Shown here in pieces: positions 1 through 8,247 of a DNA stretch of 31,975 nucleotides (positions are counted from its first letter, which is position 1; the number at the start of each line of letters is the position of its first letter). The position numbers and the translations under genes were made by a program. This DNA comes from Pseudomonadota bacterium. GTDB lineage: Bacteria; Bdellovibrionota; Bdellovibrionia; Bdellovibrionales; SG-bin7. Where the stretch lies: assembly GCA_034439715.1 (NCBI GenBank), contig JAWXAY010000087.1:1-31975 (forward strand), given 5' to 3'. The notes under the pieces are model-generated. The model saw nothing but the letters and a program-made list of their open reading frames with translations. It did no database searches and had not been told where the DNA came from.

Positions 1-92
1 CCTGATGCGCTAATCCGTGGGAAAGCGTACCAAAAAGAAACATAAAGAGGACAAAATCCCTGAAGAATTAAAGGCGGACAGAATCGCTGGAG

Positions 93-125
93 AGTTACAT
101 ATCGGTTAGTCGAGATTAAGTCTGA
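93..125 (-). promoter_or_regulatory. Putative sigma28 (FliA)-like promoter firing leftward out of the window
   Basis: Minus strand reads TCAGA-N15-CCGATAT, against consensus TAAA-N15-GCCGATAA. It shares AGTKACATATCGG-N6/7-GAGATTAA with the pilT upstream region. Confidence 0.45.
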
Positions 126-184
126 TCAAAATATTGACGATGTAAAGTGGCTATACACCGTCTGCCAACCCAGTTCTCCTGGTC

Positions 185-200
185 GGGTATAGCTTTTGCT
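185..200 (+). promoter_or_regulatory. Putative sigma54 -24/-12 promoter for the RCC1-repeat gene
   Basis: GGGTATAGCTTTTGCT has GG(186-187)-N10-GC(198-199) with TTGCT at -12, about 55 nt upstream of ATG 256. Confidence 0.5.
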
Positions 201-255
201 ACATAAAATAAAGTATCGGGGTAGATTTTCAGCTAAGTTATAAGGGGTTTGGCGC

Positions 256-1464
256 ATGAAAAAAAATTATGGTGTCTATATTTTAACAGTAGTTACAATT
301 GTCTCGTTTCAAGACTGCGCTCAAAAGCCGCTTGATTTATCTCTTGTTACTAACGGTAGCTCAAATAATGCCGACACGAACCCCCCTTTAGATCCCCTAG
401 GCCCCAAGCTTTCGGCAGGATTTTCAAATGCCTGTTATGTTTTTCAGGGCGCGCTAAAGTGCTGGGGAAGCAACGTAATGGGTGAGCTTGGCATAGGTTC
501 CAATATTGCGAAAAGTTCTCCGGAGCAGGTTTCTGGACTTAACGTCGGTGTGACGCAAGCTTCTGTGGGGACTAATAGTATCTGCGCTATTCGCTCGGGC
601 CAATTGTTTTGTTGGGGCAACAACCTTTACGGTACGCTCGGAAACGGTAACAATGCAAACGCCCAGGCGCCACAGCCGGTAGTTAATATGGGTACTGGAG
701 TTACTAAGGTGGCTACCTCAAATTACACAACCTGCGCTATTCAAAATGGCGCCCTATTTTGCTGGGGCCGAAACGACGAGGGTCAATTGGGAATTGGTGT
801 AGTAGGCGCCCGAAATACACCGACCTCAGTAAATAATATGGCATCAGGAGTTACAGATATTTCTGTCGGCGGGTATACCAATGCAGCAGGCCATGTGTGC
901 GCCATAAAATCAGGAGCACTTTATTGTTGGGGCCGAAATGACTTTGGCCAAATTGGGGACGGCACGACTAGCGTTCGTTATGATCCCGCTTTGGTTTCTG
1001 CTCTTGATTCAGAGGTCACCCAGCTTGCAACGGGCAACGTTAACACTTGCGCTTTTCGTAAAGGAATTCTCTATTGTTGGGGCTATGGTTTAGATGGAAG
1101 AAACGGCCTAGGTCATGCGGAGCAAAGAACGGCTCCGGCAAGGGTTGGTTTTTTTCACGGGAAGAGTATACAGAAAATTGTTGGTGGACAAAGTCACTTT
1201 TGTGCACTCGCTGATTCTAAAGTATATTGCTGGGGCGTCAATGGTGCCGGTAATATTGGCGATGGCACTTTAAATAATGCATTTTTGCCCTTGCAAAGTT
1301 CGGGCATGGAAAATGTAGTCGAAATTGCAGCTGGCACGGTAACGTCATTTGCGATCAAAGATAAAAAACTTTATGTCTGGGGACAAAATTTTTCGGGTCA
1401 GCTGGGCAGAGGCAATTTACTGCCATCATCTGCCCCTGTACAAGTTGATGGGCTAAACTTTTAA
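256..1464 (+). CDS. RCC1/BLIP-II repeat beta-propeller, probable lipoprotein
   Basis: Seven (C/V)WGxN/G..GxLG-type repeats. N-terminal MKK, hydrophobic stretch and SFQDC. AAGGGG RBS upstream. Confidence 0.9.
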   Translation: MKKNYGVYILTVVTIVSFQDCAQKPLDLSLVTNGSSNNADTNPPLDPLGPKLSAGFSNACYVFQGALKCWGSNVMGELGIGSNIAKSSPEQVSGLNVGVTQASVGTNSICAIRSGQLFCWGNNLYGTLGNGNNANAQAPQPVVNMGTGVTKVATSNYTTCAIQNGALFCWGRNDEGQLGIGVVGARNTPTSVNNMASGVTDISVGGYTNAAGHVCAIKSGALYCWGRNDFGQIGDGTTSVRYDPALVSALDSEVTQLATGNVNTCAFRKGILYCWGYGLDGRNGLGHAEQRTAPARVGFFHGKSIQKIVGGQSHFCALADSKVYCWGVNGAGNIGDGTLNNAFLPLQSSGMENVVEIAAGTVTSFAIKDKKLYVWGQNFSGQLGRGNLLPSSAPVQVDGLNF

Positions 1465-2762
1465 ATATCTAATAATTTTATGGCTTCTCTGGCGCGGGCA
1501 ATGACCTCGCCCGCATCGAATTTTTGATGAACTTTATTTCTCACAATAATTTCGCCATTCGAAATCACATCACTAACATTTTCGCCCGAACAAGAATATA
1601 CGAGTGCCGACACCGGATTTTCTACCGTAGCCAGTGACGGATGATTTCTGTCAATCAAGACAATATCCGCAAGCTTGCCCTCTTCGAGAGAGCCCAGCTC
1701 ACTTTCAAGCCCCAGGGCTTTGGCTCCATTAATTGTGAGCATGTCAAAAGCTTCTTGCGCCGGAAGTGAGCGCGGGCCAAAGAGAGGCTTTTGTAAGAGG
1801 GCAGCGAGTCGCAACTCTCGAAATGGATCCATAGTGTTATTGCAGGCCGCCCCATCACTTCCAAGCGCTACCACCATTTTTTCTTTGAGATACTTTGTGA
1901 CAGGAGCAAAACCAGAGGCCAGCTTGAGATTGGCACTGGGACAATGTACAAGTGGGGTTTTTGATTTTGCCATCTTTTTAATTTCAATTTCTGTCAAATG
2001 CACACCATGAACCACAATAGTTTTTGAGTTGAGTAAACCTAGTGAGGCTAAATAGTCCACATTGTTTTTTTTTGTTCTCGCTCGCACTATTTTTATTTCG
2101 TCGAGGTTTTCAGAGGCATGAATGTGAACTCTTGTTCCTTCTATTTTTTGTTTTTCCGCACAGTACTCTAATATTTCATCGGTGCAGCAAACCACGAAAC
2201 GAGGGTTTAGTACAAAACTTAAACCCTCTTCTGGCTTGTGGAATTTTTTTTGTAGTGCGGACACCTCAGCGAGACTTTCGTTTGTACTCATAAAAAGTGG
2301 GCCTGAAAACTTTTTTAAATCCATAAAGCAGTTGCCACCGAAATAGCGAACACCCGATTTTTTGGCGGCCTCAAATATGCGATGGGTATGGCGGGTAGTG
2401 CCCATATCTAAGATAGTGGTAGTCCCAAATAGCTGCATTTCTAATAATCCGAGGTCGGCCGAGGCTGAAAGTGTTTTTTCGCTGTGGCGATGTTCCATGG
2501 GCCAGATTCGGCGCTTAAGCCAATCAAAGAGAGAAAGATCATCGGCCCGTCCGCGAAAAAGCGTCTGACATAAATGAGTGTGGGCTTGAATTAATCCAGG
2601 GATAACAAATTTATTTTGGGCATCGATAACTTTAGTAGTTGAATCCACTGCTGAAGTACCAATTTTTTTAATGCGATTGCCTTCAACAAGAAGGTCGCCA
2701 GTCACGATCTCGCGCTTTTTATTTTGAGTAATAATCGTACCATTACGAATAAGTAGACTCAT
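1461..2762 (-). CDS. Amidohydrolase, 5'-deoxyadenosine / MTA-SAH deaminase-like
   Basis: HTH metal motif in QAHTHLCQTLFRG, plus HASE, HCPSANLKL and SDGAACNN. Third gene of the salvage operon, with ATGA overlap to punA. Confidence 0.85.
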   Translation of the reverse strand: MSLLIRNGTIITQNKKREIVTGDLLVEGNRIKKIGTSAVDSTTKVIDAQNKFVIPGLIQAHTHLCQTLFRGRADDLSLFDWLKRRIWPMEHRHSEKTLSASADLGLLEMQLFGTTTILDMGTTRHTHRIFEAAKKSGVRYFGGNCFMDLKKFSGPLFMSTNESLAEVSALQKKFHKPEEGLSFVLNPRFVVCCTDEILEYCAEKQKIEGTRVHIHASENLDEIKIVRARTKKNNVDYLASLGLLNSKTIVVHGVHLTEIEIKKMAKSKTPLVHCPSANLKLASGFAPVTKYLKEKMVVALGSDGAACNNTMDPFRELRLAALLQKPLFGPRSLPAQEAFDMLTINGAKALGLESELGSLEEGKLADIVLIDRNHPSLATVENPVSALVYSCSGENVSDVISNGEIIVRNKVHQKFDAGEVIARAREAIKLLDI

Positions 2763-3595
2763 TTTTCCGAAAAAAGAGCCGATGTAAAATGTTTTAAAAA
2801 GGGCACAAACTTTCCTTCAAGTTGTTTTGCCATTTTGGTGACTTCATCATGCGAAAGTTTATTACTCGATAGGCCCGCCGCAAGATTTGTAATAATACTA
2901 AGCGCACAAACACGCAGACCCAGGTGATTGGCGGCAATTGACTCAGGCACAGTGCTCATGCCGACGGCTTTGCCGCCGATTGTTTGAAGGTATCTAACCT
3001 CAGCCGGAGTTTCATAGGTGGGACCACTTACGCCACAATAAACTCCCTGCTGAAAGCGCAAGCCATTTCGTTTTAATTCTTGCGCCAAAAGTTCTACGAG
3101 TCTCTTGTCATAAGCTTCTGTCATATCCGGAAACCGGGGTCCCAGATTTTTTAAATTCTCTCCCATTAGAGGATTAGCGCCCATGAGATTTATATGGTCG
3201 GTGAGAATCATCACGTCGCCAGGAACCATTTTAGTATCTAGACTGCCGGCAGAATTTGTAATTAAAAGAGTTTCAATTCCCAAAAGGGCCAATACTCGAG
3301 TGGGAAAAACAACGGTCTCCATAGAGTGACCTTCGTAATAATGTACGCGTCCCTGTAATGTGGCAATGGGATGCCCTCCCACCTGACCCAAAACCAGATA
3401 GCCAGAGTGACCTTCAACTGAGGGGCGAGTAAAGTAGGGAATCTCTTCGTACGGAATTTTGCAGGCAACTTCGATTTCATTAGCAAAAGCACCTAGGCCT
3501 GATCCTAGAATAAAACCAAGGCGAGGCTTGAGGGCTGATTTTGATCTTATAAAGTCGACGGCTTCTTCAAGTTTCTGAGGTATCATTTTAGGCAA
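2759..3595 (-). CDS. punA: Purine-nucleoside phosphorylase (trimeric PNP-I type)
   Basis: ILGSGLG, GRVHYYEG, GPTYETPAE, VGMSTVPE, TNLAAG and LSHDEV motifs. Confidence 0.95.
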   Translation of the reverse strand: MPKMIPQKLEEAVDFIRSKSALKPRLGFILGSGLGAFANEIEVACKIPYEEIPYFTRPSVEGHSGYLVLGQVGGHPIATLQGRVHYYEGHSMETVVFPTRVLALLGIETLLITNSAGSLDTKMVPGDVMILTDHINLMGANPLMGENLKNLGPRFPDMTEAYDKRLVELLAQELKRNGLRFQQGVYCGVSGPTYETPAEVRYLQTIGGKAVGMSTVPESIAANHLGLRVCALSIITNLAAGLSSNKLSHDEVTKMAKQLEGKFVPFLKHFTSALFSEK

Positions 3596-4904
3596 AAATC
3601 CTTTTCATTATTAGTTGTGGGGAAGGTACTCTGTCGTCACCTATGTTTACGCTGCTGTCTAGTAACAGAGCGGCATCTTCGAGTTGTGTTGTTGCCGTGC
3701 CATAAAGAATAAATAGATCTTCTCCGTTGCCTATGGAATCGCCAATTTTCTTCATGACTTCTATTCCCGCAGAGGGGTCAATTTTATCTTCGCTTTTGGC
3801 GCGCCCAGCCCCGAGAACAATAGCAGCAATTCCAATTTTTTCACAATCATACGCAGATAAAAATCCATTTTTTTTTGCTTTGACCGAAAAACTTTTTTTG
3901 GCCTTGGGGATGGCGCTTAGGTTTCCCCCTTGCAGAGAACACATTTTCTCAAATTTTTCATAGGCCAGGCCCGAAAAAAGAGCCTTTTCTGCAGCATCGC
4001 GACCGGCCTGAAATGATTTCGTTTTACCACTTAAAAAAATCATAGCACCCGCTAACTCAAGGCTTAAATTACGTGTGTCTGCTAAATCAGACAGTTGCCA
4101 ATTTCCAAGTGTTTTATTTTGTAGAATGGACAAACACTCTTCAATTTCGAGCGAATTGCCCACCATACGTCCCAGCGGCTGGCTCATATCAGTCAAAAAT
4201 GCCGCCATTTTTAGTCCGCCTTTAACTCCAATATCAATTAAGCTTTTTGCTAGGTGCTCAGCGCTCTCAAGTGTTTTCATAAATGCCCCTGAGCCAAACT
4301 TTACATCTAGAACTAAGCCATTTAAACCTTCTGCAAATTTTTTGGACATAATACTGGCACAAATTAATTGTTGTGATTCTACCGTAGCCGTGGCGTCTCT
4401 TAAGGCATAAATGCGTTTGTCGGCGGGGCAGATGTTTTCAGTTTGGCCGATCATCCCGAAGCCAGTTTCTTTAATAATTTGATAAAGTTTTTCGAGCGAA
4501 ATTTGAGTTGAAAACCCCGGGATACTTTCTAGTTTGTCGACCGTCCCACCTGTGTGCCCCAGACCGCGACCGCTAATCATCGGAACAATAAGTCCGCAGG
4601 CTGCGACAATTGGTGCCAGTATAAGACTTGTTTTGTCACCGACGCCACCGGTACTGTGTTTGTCCACAATGAATCCTTGACTGGGAGTAAAGGACAGGGC
4701 CTGACCAGAGGCCTTCATCGTTTGCGTGAGGGTGTGAGTTTCGTCAGGAGTAAGACCAGCAAAAAATGTTGCCATTAACCACGCGGACATTTGGTATTCG
4801 GGCAGAACACCAGAGGTAAATGAGTTTACAAGAAATTCAATTTCTTGCTGGGAGTGGGTTCCCCCATTCCGCTTTTTTTTAATTAACTCAGCGGGTAAAA
4901 ACAT
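3588..4904 (-). CDS. pdp: Pyrimidine-nucleoside / thymidine phosphorylase
   Basis: DKHSTGGVGDK, SGRGLGHTGGT and SIMSKK motifs. Start moved to ATG 4904 (MFLPAELIKKKRNG) because it has a GGAG RBS and the longer ORF start falls inside the -35 box. Confidence 0.95.
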   Translation of the reverse strand: MFLPAELIKKKRNGGTHSQQEIEFLVNSFTSGVLPEYQMSAWLMATFFAGLTPDETHTLTQTMKASGQALSFTPSQGFIVDKHSTGGVGDKTSLILAPIVAACGLIVPMISGRGLGHTGGTVDKLESIPGFSTQISLEKLYQIIKETGFGMIGQTENICPADKRIYALRDATATVESQQLICASIMSKKFAEGLNGLVLDVKFGSGAFMKTLESAEHLAKSLIDIGVKGGLKMAAFLTDMSQPLGRMVGNSLEIEECLSILQNKTLGNWQLSDLADTRNLSLELAGAMIFLSGKTKSFQAGRDAAEKALFSGLAYEKFEKMCSLQGGNLSAIPKAKKSFSVKAKKNGFLSAYDCEKIGIAAIVLGAGRAKSEDKIDPSAGIEVMKKIGDSIGNGEDLFILYGTATTQLEDAALLLDSSVNIGDDRVPSPQLIMKRIFA

Positions 4905-4947
4905 ACCTAAAGCTCCAGAAATTATCTTGCGATGCGCAATTTGCTTG

Positions 4948-4976
4948 AAAATACCAACAGATGAATTCATTGTCAA
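4948..4976 (-). promoter_or_regulatory. sigma70 promoter of the pdp-punA-deaminase operon
   Basis: Minus strand TTGACA(4976-4971)-N17-TATTTT(4953-4948), with an extended -10 TG. Confidence 0.7.
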
Positions 4977-4991
4977 AGTAAGGGGGCGAGA

Positions 4992-5387
4992 TTGTTACCA
5001 ATTCGAAAAGTCATTTTGTTGATTTTTATATTGTTGTTATTTTCAAACTCCACGTGGGCGCAAAGCGCTGGACGTAGCGAAAATACGACAGGGCCCCGCC
5101 GTCAATTAGCGACAATTATTTTTGCGGGACTTTCTGGTGCAATATTGGGCTTAAGCACACTCAGTTTTTATGGCCGACCTCAAGACAGACTGTCAAACAT
5201 TGCGGTTGGTTTCGCTTTAGGAATTTTTGGTGGAACTATCTACACGACCTATAAAGCGGCTGCAAAGCCACAAGAGTTTTACGGCCTGACGGGTGATTTT
5301 GAACTCAAAGGAAATCGCGAAGAAAAAGAAATGTCCTTGGGCGCGCATTTTCAGCTTACGCCAGTAATCTATCATTTTAGCTTTTAG
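4992..5387 (+). CDS. Hypothetical exported/membrane protein
   Basis: TTG start after AGGGGG. Signal peptide ending STWA, two Gly-rich hydrophobic helices, C-terminus YHFSF. Confidence 0.75.
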   Translation: MLPIRKVILLIFILLLFSNSTWAQSAGRSENTTGPRRQLATIIFAGLSGAILGLSTLSFYGRPQDRLSNIAVGFALGIFGGTIYTTYKAAAKPQEFYGLTGDFELKGNREEKEMSLGAHFQLTPVIYHFSF

Positions 5388-6517
5388 GCCCGTTTTTTTA
5401 AAATTCCGGTCATTTGAAAACCAGCTGAAGCTGTTTGCGGTACGTGGCCCAGATCAAGTGTCGCCTTATCTCCGGAGCCCATAGTAAGCTTTCTGCCCAA
5501 AAATGTTTCCGCAGAGGTCTTAGTCAGCCGACCCAGCCGAATGTGTTCGGCAAGACTGGCATCAAATGTTATCATGCCATGTTGAGACGAAGTTTGCATG
5601 ACGGAAGGAAGCTGAAATGTTTTACCTTCTCGAATCAAATTAGCGCATGCGGGAGTATTTATTAGAATTTCAAAAACAGGAACGCGACCCGGGACATCAA
5701 TTCGCTTTAATAATCCTTGAGCTACAACCCCTCGTAAACTTTCTGAAAGCATAGTTCTAATTTGCGCTTGTTGTTCATGCGGAAAAACATCAATAATACG
5801 ATCTATCGTTTTGGCGGCACCATTTGTATGAAGTGTTGCGAAAACAAGATGGCCAGTTTCTGCGGCGGTCATCGCTAACGAGATTGTTTCCAGGTCACGT
5901 AACTCACCTACAAGTATGATGTCTGGATCTTCACGCAAAGAGGCTCTTAGAGCATTAGCAAAACTTTGAGTGTGACTTTTTACTTCACGTTGATTAACAA
6001 CCGCTTTAATCGACTCATGTACAAATTCGATTGGGTCTTCGATAGTAATAATGTGGGAACGTTGATGCATGTTGATTTCATGGATCATTGCTGCCAGGGT
6101 TGTTGATTTACCTGAGCCCGTGGGCCCAGTAACCAAGATTAATCCTTTATGCGCATCAATCAAAGTTTTTAGCTGAGATGGCAGCCCCATCTCATCAAGA
6201 GTTTTAACCGTTTCAGGGATTACTCGAAAGACGGCCCCCAAGCCAACTCGTTGGAGAAATATATTGACGCGAAAGCGCCCCGTTCCCGCCAAATAATATG
6301 AGGTGTCCAGTTCCCAAGACTTGGTGAATTCCTCTCGCTGAGCAGGCGTAAGAATTTCATAAACAAGGGCGCGGCACTCATCGTCGGCCAAAGAGCGATA
6401 TTTTATGGGCACCATTTCGCCGTGAATTCGGAGGACGGGAGGACTGCCCGCGCGTAAATGCAAGTCAGATGCATTTTCTGCCACCATTAAGCGAAATAGA
6501 TCATCAATCTTTGCCAT
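5384..6517 (-). CDS. pilT: Type IV pilus retraction ATPase PilT
   Basis: ASDLHL, Walker A GPTGSGKST, Asp box EDPIE, Walker B ILVGE, His box TLHT, and AIRNLIRE-like ACANLIRE. Confidence 0.95.
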   Translation of the reverse strand: MAKIDDLFRLMVAENASDLHLRAGSPPVLRIHGEMVPIKYRSLADDECRALVYEILTPAQREEFTKSWELDTSYYLAGTGRFRVNIFLQRVGLGAVFRVIPETVKTLDEMGLPSQLKTLIDAHKGLILVTGPTGSGKSTTLAAMIHEINMHQRSHIITIEDPIEFVHESIKAVVNQREVKSHTQSFANALRASLREDPDIILVGELRDLETISLAMTAAETGHLVFATLHTNGAAKTIDRIIDVFPHEQQAQIRTMLSESLRGVVAQGLLKRIDVPGRVPVFEILINTPACANLIREGKTFQLPSVMQTSSQHGMITFDASLAEHIRLGRLTKTSAETFLGRKLTMGSGDKATLDLGHVPQTASAGFQMTGILKKRA

Positions 6518-6553
6518 TTAAACCCCAACCATTAGCGGTTCTTGTCTAGTGAC

Positions 6554-6581
6554 ATATCGGGAAAAAGGAGATTAAAGTTAA
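6554..6581 (-). promoter_or_regulatory. Putative sigma28 (FliA) promoter of pilT
   Basis: Minus strand TAAC-N15-CCCGATAT, against consensus TAAA-N15-GCCGATAA, 36 nt upstream of the pilT ATG. Confidence 0.6.
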
Positions 6582-6590
6582 GGAACCAAT

Positions 6591-8129
6591 ATGGCTCAAA
6601 TCTTAATAAATGTTCGACCAGTTGAAACACGTGTTGCTTATGTAGAAAACGAGGTACTGGTCGATCTCAAAATAGAACGTCATGCTTCCCCGACCTTGGC
6701 CGGATCTCTCCATAAGGGCGTAGTGTCTCGGGTTCTGCCCGGAATGCAAGCAGCTTTTGTTGACATAGGTTTAGAGCGCGCGGGTTTCCTATATGTGGGA
6801 GACGTGCGGGACGACTTGGACTCCATTCCTTCATTTGTAGGCGAAGACGATGAACCCAGTAGCGAGATCGATGGTGGCGAACGAATGGTTGATGACGGCG
6901 AAGGACAAGAAAAACCCGTTGAAAATAAGCCGTCGATTGATGAATTAATTAAAGAGGACCAGACGCTATTAATTCAAGTAGCTAAAGACCCAATAGGCAC
7001 AAAGGGCGCTCGTCTAACGACACATGTCTCATTGCCCGCACGACAGATTGTCTACATGCCTACCGTGAATCACCAGGGAATTTCTCGGCGCATCGAAGAT
7101 CCCAATGAGCGCGAGCGATTACTGGCAATCATTAAAAAAATTAAACCTAAGGGCGGAGTAATAGTTCGAACGGCAGGAGAAGGAGCGTCTGAGGAGGCCA
7201 TTGCCCAGGATCTCGAATATCTTGAGCGCGTTTGGAAAGAAATTTACCAGAACTATGAAAAGCGAACCACACCGGGACTGGTACATGCTGAAATCGATGT
7301 TTCTCTGCGGGCGCTCAGAGATATGTTGAGCGAAGAGGTTACTGAGGTATTGGTTGATGATAAAGGCGTTTTTGAAAAAGTTGTGAGTTTTGTAACTCAG
7401 TTTATGCCCAAGTATAAAGATCAGATTAAATTTTACTCGGGCATTAAGCCGCTCTTTGATCTTTACGACATCGATCTAGAAATTTCGCGGTCTTTAGAGC
7501 GAAGAATTTGGCTCAAGTCAGGCGGCTATATCGTTTTTGACGAGGCCGAGGCGCTGGTGGTTATCGATGTAAATACGGGCCGTTATGTTGGCAAGCGAGA
7601 TTTTGAGGAAACAATACTAAAAACAAATCTTGAGGCGGTTAAAGAAGTGGCACACCAGCTGCGAATCCGCAATTGCGGTGGAATCGTAATAATTGATTTT
7701 ATAGATATGCAACGAGAGAACCACCGAGAAAAAGTGCTTAATTCTATCAAAGAAGAATTAAAAAAGGACCGCGCCAAGACAAATGTAGTCTCCATGTCCA
7801 CCTTGGGTTTGGTCGAGTTGACACGCAAAAGAATTAGTCCAAGTCTGATTAAAACGCTCTGTGAGCCATGCTCTTATTGTGATGGCCAGGGCTATATAAA
7901 GCGAAAAGCCACCGTGGCCCATGAGATTTTTAGGGCCATAGAGCGGGAAAGCCTACATATGTCACTAAGCAAGAATTTCATTGTTAGTTGCAACTCGGCA
8001 GTGGCAGATTGGATTTATGCCGAAGAAAGTGAAATGTTAGAAGACATTGAGATCAGGACTCATCGCTCAGTCGTTTTTAAGGTAGAACCCAACTTTCACC
8101 TCCATCAATATAAGCTAGAACCTATTTAG
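6591..8129 (+). CDS. rng: Ribonuclease G (Rne/Rng family)
   Basis: VLPGMQAAFVDIG, KGARLT, IDVNTG, GGIVIIDFIDM and Zn-link CSYCDG. No RNase E C-terminal scaffold. Confidence 0.95.
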   Translation: MAQILINVRPVETRVAYVENEVLVDLKIERHASPTLAGSLHKGVVSRVLPGMQAAFVDIGLERAGFLYVGDVRDDLDSIPSFVGEDDEPSSEIDGGERMVDDGEGQEKPVENKPSIDELIKEDQTLLIQVAKDPIGTKGARLTTHVSLPARQIVYMPTVNHQGISRRIEDPNERERLLAIIKKIKPKGGVIVRTAGEGASEEAIAQDLEYLERVWKEIYQNYEKRTTPGLVHAEIDVSLRALRDMLSEEVTEVLVDDKGVFEKVVSFVTQFMPKYKDQIKFYSGIKPLFDLYDIDLEISRSLERRIWLKSGGYIVFDEAEALVVIDVNTGRYVGKRDFEETILKTNLEAVKEVAHQLRIRNCGGIVIIDFIDMQRENHREKVLNSIKEELKKDRAKTNVVSMSTLGLVELTRKRISPSLIKTLCEPCSYCDGQGYIKRKATVAHEIFRAIERESLHMSLSKNFIVSCNSAVADWIYAEESEMLEDIEIRTHRSVVFKVEPNFHLHQYKLEPI

Positions 8130-8247
8130 CGCAGCGAGCCATTGCGTGACGTTCGCAAGAAATTTACGGCAAAATTTCATGTCTGCCTCTAGATTGACAA
8201 ACCTTTTGCAGCGTGGCAGATAAGAGGATCTTTAATTGGAGGCTAAA

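Noticed and set aside
1..110. Short open frames at the left edge (e.g. VGKRTKKKHKEDKIPEELKADRIAGELHIG on +, and an open minus frame)
   Set aside because: No RBS or recognisable domain, and the edge truncation prevents a call.
400..1410. Recurrent TGYTGGGG words as a possible CRISPR or DGR repeat
   Set aside because: They are codons of the RCC1 CWG motif. There are no identical repeats, no adenine-specific pair and no reverse transcriptase.
1655..4778. Alternative-frame and antisense ORFs of 60-130 aa here and across the window (e.g. 8538-8939, 18451-18855, 20777-21166, 31575-31919)
   Set aside because: They overlap well-supported genes and show no motifs, so they are shadow ORFs.
8142..8222. 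Dyads TTGCG-N7-CGCAA and GAAATTT-N6-AAATTTC, and TTGACA (8194-8199) upstream of rplU
   Set aside because: The stems are short with no U-tract, and there is no good -10 at 16-18 nt. A promoter is likely here but cannot be defined. The likeness to the pdp dyad has different spacing.
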